Shown here piece after piece: positions 59,612-64,000 of a DNA stretch of 64,000 nt. A program made the position numbers and the translations under genes. The notes beneath the pieces were generated by a model. It had not been told where the DNA came from, did not search any database, and saw nothing but the letters and a program-made list of their open reading frames with translations. The DNA lies in the NCBI GenBank assembly GCA_001604045.1, contig LVAN01000022.1, positions 1-64,000 on the forward strand. The letters are read 5' to 3'. The DNA is from Clostridiales bacterium Firm_08 (GTDB taxonomy: Bacteria; Bacillota; Clostridia; Oscillospirales; QAKW01). Numbering within the stretch: the first letter of the stretch is position 1; every line of letters begins with the position of its first letter.

Positions 59612-60548
59612 GGGCGTCCTTCCCTTTCTGGTGCTTGATGCGATCGCTGAAAACAAGCGCCGTGGTAAACAAGACCGCCATAATGAGTTTATTATACGCC
59701 GTAGGAACGCCAAGCATCGCGGCGGCCGCGAGGCATGCCTGATAGATGACAGAGCCGATGATGACCATCGTGGACGGTTTGATACGCCGAACGTTTTTTA
59801 GTATGGAAACGCCGATGATCAGCGACGCGAGTCCGATCACGATCATACCGAGCCCCATCCCCTGATTGGCGTTTCCGCGGCTCTGCACGATGAGCGCGCC
59901 GGAAACGGCGGCAAAACCGTTGCCCAGCGCGAGCCCTATGATCTTGCTAACGCCGGGGTTTTGCGCGAGCATCGAGACGAACTGCTGATTGCTGCCGACC
60001 GCCCGAAGCAAGAGACCCGCCTTGGTTTTCAGGAAAAGATCCAACAGGATCTTAAAAAGAAGCGCCACGGCGAAAAAGGCGACGATCTTTCGCACATGAA
60101 ATCCTCCGATATCATTCGGAAGCCACCTCGCGGGATATGTGTTAAGGATCGTGGGGACCGCTCTGCCAACGGGGATCGTGGTCAGAGCGTCCTCCCCCCT
60201 GATATTGCCGCCCATCACGAGAACGGAAACGACAAGATTGACAGAGATCAGAGCGGTGGAGACCAGAATGCCGCAAAGAAGCGGACGGATATGCAGTTTG
60301 ACGTGCAGTATCCCCGTGATCGCGCCGAAAAACGCGCCGGCAAACAGCGCCGCGAGGATGGCGATCCACGGGCTTATGCCCGCTCTCGCCAGCATCGCGT
60401 ACGTCACGCCTCCGGACAGCACCGTGCCCTCCACCGTAAGATCGGGAAAATCAAGGATCGTATAGGAAACGTAGTATCCCATCGCAAGGATGGCATACAT
60501 AAACCCGTCCTCTAAAAATACACTGCAGGAACTGAAAAATGATAACAT
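59604..60548 (-). CDS. ABC transporter permease (branched-chain-type fold, TrpY-like).
   Basis: 8-10 TM, and the family that pairs with PF04392 substrate-binding proteins. Confidence 0.75.
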   Translation of the reverse strand: MLSFFSSCSVFLEDGFMYAILAMGYYVSYTILDFPDLTVEGTVLSGGVTYAMLARAGISPWIAILAALFAGAFFGAITGILHVKLHIRPLLCGILVSTALISVNLVVSVLVMGGNIRGEDALTTIPVGRAVPTILNTYPARWLPNDIGGFHVRKIVAFFAVALLFKILLDLFLKTKAGLLLRAVGSNQQFVSMLAQNPGVSKIIGLALGNGFAAVSGALIVQSRGNANQGMGLGMIVIGLASLIIGVSILKNVRRIKPSTMVIIGSVIYQACLAAAAMLGVPTAYNKLIMAVLFTTALVFSDRIKHQKGKDAHA

Positions 60549-60567
60549 ACAAAACCTCTGCCGGTCA

Positions 60568-61557
60568 TTATTTGTTGGTCGTCACCGTTTCCGCGCCGGC
60601 GTAAGCGGCAGGCAAATCGATCTTCAACGCCGCAAGGACGTCCGTATTGATGACAGGTGTGGCGTCGGTAATGGATCTTACCGACATTTTCGTAACGTCA
60701 GCTCCGGTCAGCGCGTCCAGCGCCATCTCGCCGGTCACCTTGCCCAGCGCCACGTAATCAATGGACACCGCGGCAAGACAGCCGTTTTTGACCTGCTCGA
60801 CCTCGGAGCCGTATACCGGGATCCCGGCGCCGTTTGCGGCGTCCAGTACAACGGACAGATTGTTGACGACATTGTTGTCCGTAAAGTTATTGATACAATC
60901 GACCTTACCGGCAAGACTCGTTGCCGCGGACGGGACATCCGAAGCGTTCTGCACACCGGAGGCCTCTACCGTAAGACCATACTCGCCGCATACTTCTTTC
61001 AACCGTTCCAGTTGAGAAATGGAATTGGCTTCGCTTGTCGTGTAAAGAACGCCGATGGATTTGACGTCCGGCTGCATCGCGCGGATAAGATCGACCTGCG
61101 CCTTGAGATCCAGCACATCGGATGTGCCGGTGCAGAGATCGCCCGGCTCTTCGAGCGAGGCGACAAGTTCCGCCTTCACAGGATCGGAAACAGCGCAGAA
61201 TACCACAGGGATATCCGTACCGTCCGTCGCCGCGTACGCCGACGTCGCGGCAGGCGTCGCGATCGCGATGATCATATCGTAACCCGCCGCCGCCATGTTT
61301 TTGGCATAAGACGCGCAATCCGCGTCCGCCGACGCGTCGGAACCGATCTGACGGTCGATCGTAACCTTATCTTTCAGCGCGGACGCGTCGAAGGCGTCTT
61401 TTATGCCCTGATAGCAGTTGTCAAGAGAAGGATGGCTGACATATTGGATGATGCCGACTTTATAACTGTCTTTTGTCTTTTTCTCGCAAGCGGTCATAAC
61501 GGAAACCGCCAGGACCAGGATAACACAGATCGCTATGATCTTCATAAACTTTTTCAT
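60568..61557 (-). CDS. ABC transporter substrate-binding lipoprotein (ABC_sub_bind / TrpX-like). Start at MKKFMKIIAI (61557).
   Basis: Lipobox VMTAC, periplasmic-binding fold, located behind a Trp T-box leader. Confidence 0.75.
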   Translation of the reverse strand: MKKFMKIIAICVILVLAVSVMTACEKKTKDSYKVGIIQYVSHPSLDNCYQGIKDAFDASALKDKVTIDRQIGSDASADADCASYAKNMAAAGYDMIIAIATPAATSAYAATDGTDIPVVFCAVSDPVKAELVASLEEPGDLCTGTSDVLDLKAQVDLIRAMQPDVKSIGVLYTTSEANSISQLERLKEVCGEYGLTVEASGVQNASDVPSAATSLAGKVDCINNFTDNNVVNNLSVVLDAANGAGIPVYGSEVEQVKNGCLAAVSIDYVALGKVTGEMALDALTGADVTKMSVRSITDATPVINTDVLAALKIDLPAAYAGAETVTTNK

Positions 61558-61654
61558 AACTTTATTCCTTTCATAAATCAAATAAAACCCTCATAACCGA
61601 AATACGTGAAATTCGCCATCGTCTGCCGACCATACGCCTCTGCTCCTTTCTGAA

Positions 61655-61916
61655 TAAAAAAAAATCCCGGATATCCGTTAAGATATCCGGGACGAAATCA
61701 TAAATTCCGCGGTACCACCCGTGTTCACCAAATGCGGTGCGCTTTGCCGTATACCAACATATACGCACTGATGTAACGTTCAGTCCACGTCTCCCCTACT
61801 TACGTTCGGTTCGCCCTCACGAGTCCATTCACAACGGGTATCGTTACCGCCATCACACCACCGGCGGCTCTCTGAAACGAAAGGCCACGAAGTTACTACT
61901 CTCGCTCTTCGGTTTA
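61655..61916 (-). ncRNA. T-box riboswitch leader with Trp (UGG) specifier.
   Basis: Minus-strand T-box core GGGTGGTACCGCG (plus 61710-61729). Terminator cccggatatc-ttaacg-gatatccggg plus a U9 run (plus 61655-61692). Stem-I GA/K-turn (AGAGUAGUAAC) and specifier loop GAA-UGG-A (UGG at plus 61825-61827). Confidence 0.8.
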
Positions 61917-61923
61917 TATTGGG

Positions 61924-61952
61924 ATTATACGCGACAAAACATGATTTGTCAA
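61924..61952 (-). promoter_or_regulatory. Consensus sigma-A promoter (TTGACA-17-TATAAT) driving the T-box leader, embedded in the 3' end of wecB.
   Basis: Minus strand: TTGACA (61947-61952), a 17-nt spacer, TATAAT (61924-61929). Confidence 0.7.
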
Positions 61953-63046
61953 GAGTTTTTCAGTAAAATATCCGCGATTTTTTCAGATGCCGTACCGTCG
62001 CCGTAAGGATTGGAAGCGTTGCTCATCATTCGGTAAGCGGTCTCATCCTCCAAAAGCGTCTTGAAATGATCGTAGATCACTTTTTCGGACGTACCGACAA
62101 GTTTGAGCGTTCCCGCTTCGATGCCCTCCGGCCTTTCGGTCGTGTCCCGCATCACCAATACCGGCTTGCCCAGCGCCGGCGCTTCCTCCTGTATGCCGCC
62201 GCTGTCCGTCAGGATCAGATAAGATCTCGCCATAAAATTATGGAAATCAAGAACGTCGAGCGGTTCAATGATATGGATCCGGTCGTCGTCTCCAAGGATC
62301 TCCCCCGCGATCTCCCGCACCACGGGGTTCATATGAATGGGATAGATCGCTTTCAGATCCGGATGCTCGTCCATAATTCTGCGGATGGCGCGGAACATAT
62401 GCCGCATCGGCTCCCCGAGATTTTCGCGCCGATGTGCCGTGATCAGGATCAGACGGCTCCCCTCCGCCCACGCAAGTTCCGGATGATGATAGTCGTCGCG
62501 CACCGTCGTTTTCAGCGCGTCGATCGCGGTATTGCCCGTCACGTAAATATCCTCGTCCTTTTTCCCCTCCCGCAGTAAATTCTGGCGGGAAAGTTCCGTC
62601 GGAGAAAAATGATATTTCGCGACGATCCCCACAGCCTGACGGTTGAATTCCTCCGGATACGGCGAGTAAATATTATACGTCCGAAGACCCGCCTCCACGT
62701 GTCCCACAGGGATCTGCATATAAAAACAGGCAAGCGCCGTCACAAAAGTCGTGGACGTGTCCCCGTGCACCAGCACGACGTCCGGTCTTTCAAGCTCCAA
62801 AACCGCTTTGATCTTTTCAAGGATCGCAACGGTGATATCGAACAACGTCTGCTTGTCCTTCATGATGGAAAGATCGTGATCCGGCACCACCGAAAACGCG
62901 TCAAGGACCTGATCGAGCATCTGCCGATGCTGTCCTGTGACGCAAACGACGGTTTGCACGTTCTCCCGCCGTTTAAGTTCATTGACGAGCGGGCACATTT
63001 TAATGGCTTCCGGGCGAGTCCCGAATACGAGCATGATCTTTTTCAT
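61949..63046 (-). CDS. wecB: UDP-N-acetylglucosamine 2-epimerase (non-hydrolysing).
   Basis: MKKIMLVFGTRPEAIKM..., HVEAGLRT, full-length 365 aa. Confidence 0.9.
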   Translation of the reverse strand: MKKIMLVFGTRPEAIKMCPLVNELKRRENVQTVVCVTGQHRQMLDQVLDAFSVVPDHDLSIMKDKQTLFDITVAILEKIKAVLELERPDVVLVHGDTSTTFVTALACFYMQIPVGHVEAGLRTYNIYSPYPEEFNRQAVGIVAKYHFSPTELSRQNLLREGKKDEDIYVTGNTAIDALKTTVRDDYHHPELAWAEGSRLILITAHRRENLGEPMRHMFRAIRRIMDEHPDLKAIYPIHMNPVVREIAGEILGDDDRIHIIEPLDVLDFHNFMARSYLILTDSGGIQEEAPALGKPVLVMRDTTERPEGIEAGTLKLVGTSEKVIYDHFKTLLEDETAYRMMSNASNPYGDGTASEKIADILLKNS

Positions 63047-63115
63047 ACAGACACCTCTTGTGATTGATAACTTAATTATACCAACCTCTTACCATAAAAT
63101 CAACTTTTTTAATAA

Positions 63116-63152
63116 AAAAAGATCGCGTGCCTTTCGACACGCGATCTTTAGA
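63116..63152 (-). terminator. Rho-independent terminator downstream of the nhaC-like gene.
   Basis: aaagatcgcgtg-cctttcgac-acgcgatcttt with a T-run on the minus strand. Confidence 0.7.
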
Positions 63153-63162
63153 AATTCTGAAA

Positions 63163-64000
63163 TTACTCCGCGGCTTTGGCGCGTACCTTCTGTACGAAGT
63201 ACATCAGCAGCAGTACCGCGATCAGCAGGACGATCGAAACGCCCAGAACGATGAATACATTTTGGACAAATCCGGACAGCAGATAGCCGACAAGACATAC
63301 CGCCGCCACCAGAAGCGCGTAAGGCAACTGGGTCGAAACGTGATTGACGTGCTTGCACTGCGCGCCGGTCGACGACATGATGGTCGTATCCGAAATGGGT
63401 GAGCAGTGATCGCCGCACACCGCGCCGGCGAGACAGGCGGAAATACAGATGATGAACAGTGCCGACATATTGTCCGCCGTCGGTTTGAACACACCGGTTA
63501 CGATGGGGATCAGGATACCGAAAGTACCCCAGGAAGTACCCGTCGAGAAGGACAGGCCAAGCGCGACGAGGAACAGCAGCGCGGGCAACAGGATCTGCAG
63601 CGCCTTGGCGCTCTCAACGACCGCGGCGACATAATCCTTGGCGTGCAACATACCCGTCATGGATTTGAGCGCCCAGGCAAAGGTCAGGATCAGGATGGCC
63701 GGCACCATCGCTTTAAAGCCGTCGGGAATCGCTTTCATGCACTCTTGGAAGGACAGGACGCGACGGACCATGAAATAAATGACGCAAATGATCAGAGCGC
63801 CGAGCGCGCCAAGCGGAAGTCCGATACAGGCGTTGCAATCCGCAAACGCATCAACAAAGTTGACACCGGAGAAAAAGCCGCCGGTATAGAGCATACCAAG
63901 AACGCAGAACACGATCAGCACCAGCACCGGCAGGATCAGGTCGATGACCTTTCCTTTGGAGGTAACCGGCTCCTCGCTGACGTCTTTGTAAACGTCCTCA
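63163..64000 (-). CDS. Na+/H+ antiporter NhaC-family protein. The 5'-partial C-terminal portion runs off the window edge.
   Basis: Polytopic membrane C-terminal half. The reading frame stays open to position 64000. Confidence 0.6.
   Translation of the reverse strand, partial: EDVYKDVSEEPVTSKGKVIDLILPVLVLIVFCVLGMLYTGGFFSGVNFVDAFADCNACIGLPLGALGALIICVIYFMVRRVLSFQECMKAIPDGFKAMVPAILILTFAWALKSMTGMLHAKDYVAAVVESAKALQILLPALLFLVALGLSFSTGTSWGTFGILIPIVTGVFKPTADNMSALFIICISACLAGAVCGDHCSPISDTTIMSSTGAQCKHVNHVSTQLPYALLVAAVCLVGYLLSGFVQNVFIVLGVSIVLLIAVLLLMYFVQKVRAKAAE

Overview
The window is 64 kb of chromosomal core from a spore-forming Firmicute, with Clostridia-like gene content and gene order (ytfJ, scpAB, an M50 protease and dacB are present) and roughly 55% GC. 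About 60 genes are mostly transcribed on the minus strand in tightly packed, often overlapping arrays.

Recognisable blocks on the + strand:
- rpmB
- tRNA-Trp with a consensus sigma-A promoter
- a short Na/Pi-cotransporter-like gene
- bioY
- secDF

Recognisable blocks on the - strand:
- class A PBP
- tsaD-rimI-polA-rluD-trmO
- mscS
- a TPM / zinc-ribbon / SPFH triad resembling B. subtilis YdjH/YdjG/YdjI but without pspA
- ctpA, an M23 peptidase, ftsX, ftsE and a PucR-type regulator
- folD, lgt and an M16 peptidase pair
- rluB, dacB, ytfJ, scpB, scpA, M50 protease, engB, lon, clpX, clpP, tig
- thrC, dipeptidase, yraN, rnhB, rbgA, lepB
- lysS, greA, tsf, rpsB, a DivIVA-domain protein
- a T-box(Trp)-controlled TrpXYZ-like ABC importer, then wecB and a partial nhaC-like gene at the window edge

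One segment is accessory-looking: coordinates 3009-6676, immediately 3' of tRNA-Trp. It is visibly AT-rich. It holds a pair of about 150-180 bp degenerate direct repeats made of GGATTT/GTGATAT words and mini-hairpins, and a two-gene surface-glycosylation module (GtrB-like Und-P glycosyltransferase plus a large GT-C-like membrane glycosyltransferase).

Other points of note are a strongly RBS-led 39-codon cysteine-rich ORF, a trigger factor with a histone-H1-like AKKP-repeat tail, and a Trp T-box leader whose promoter lies inside the 3' end of wecB.

No CRISPR array, integrase, transposase or obvious defence or toxin system is visible.
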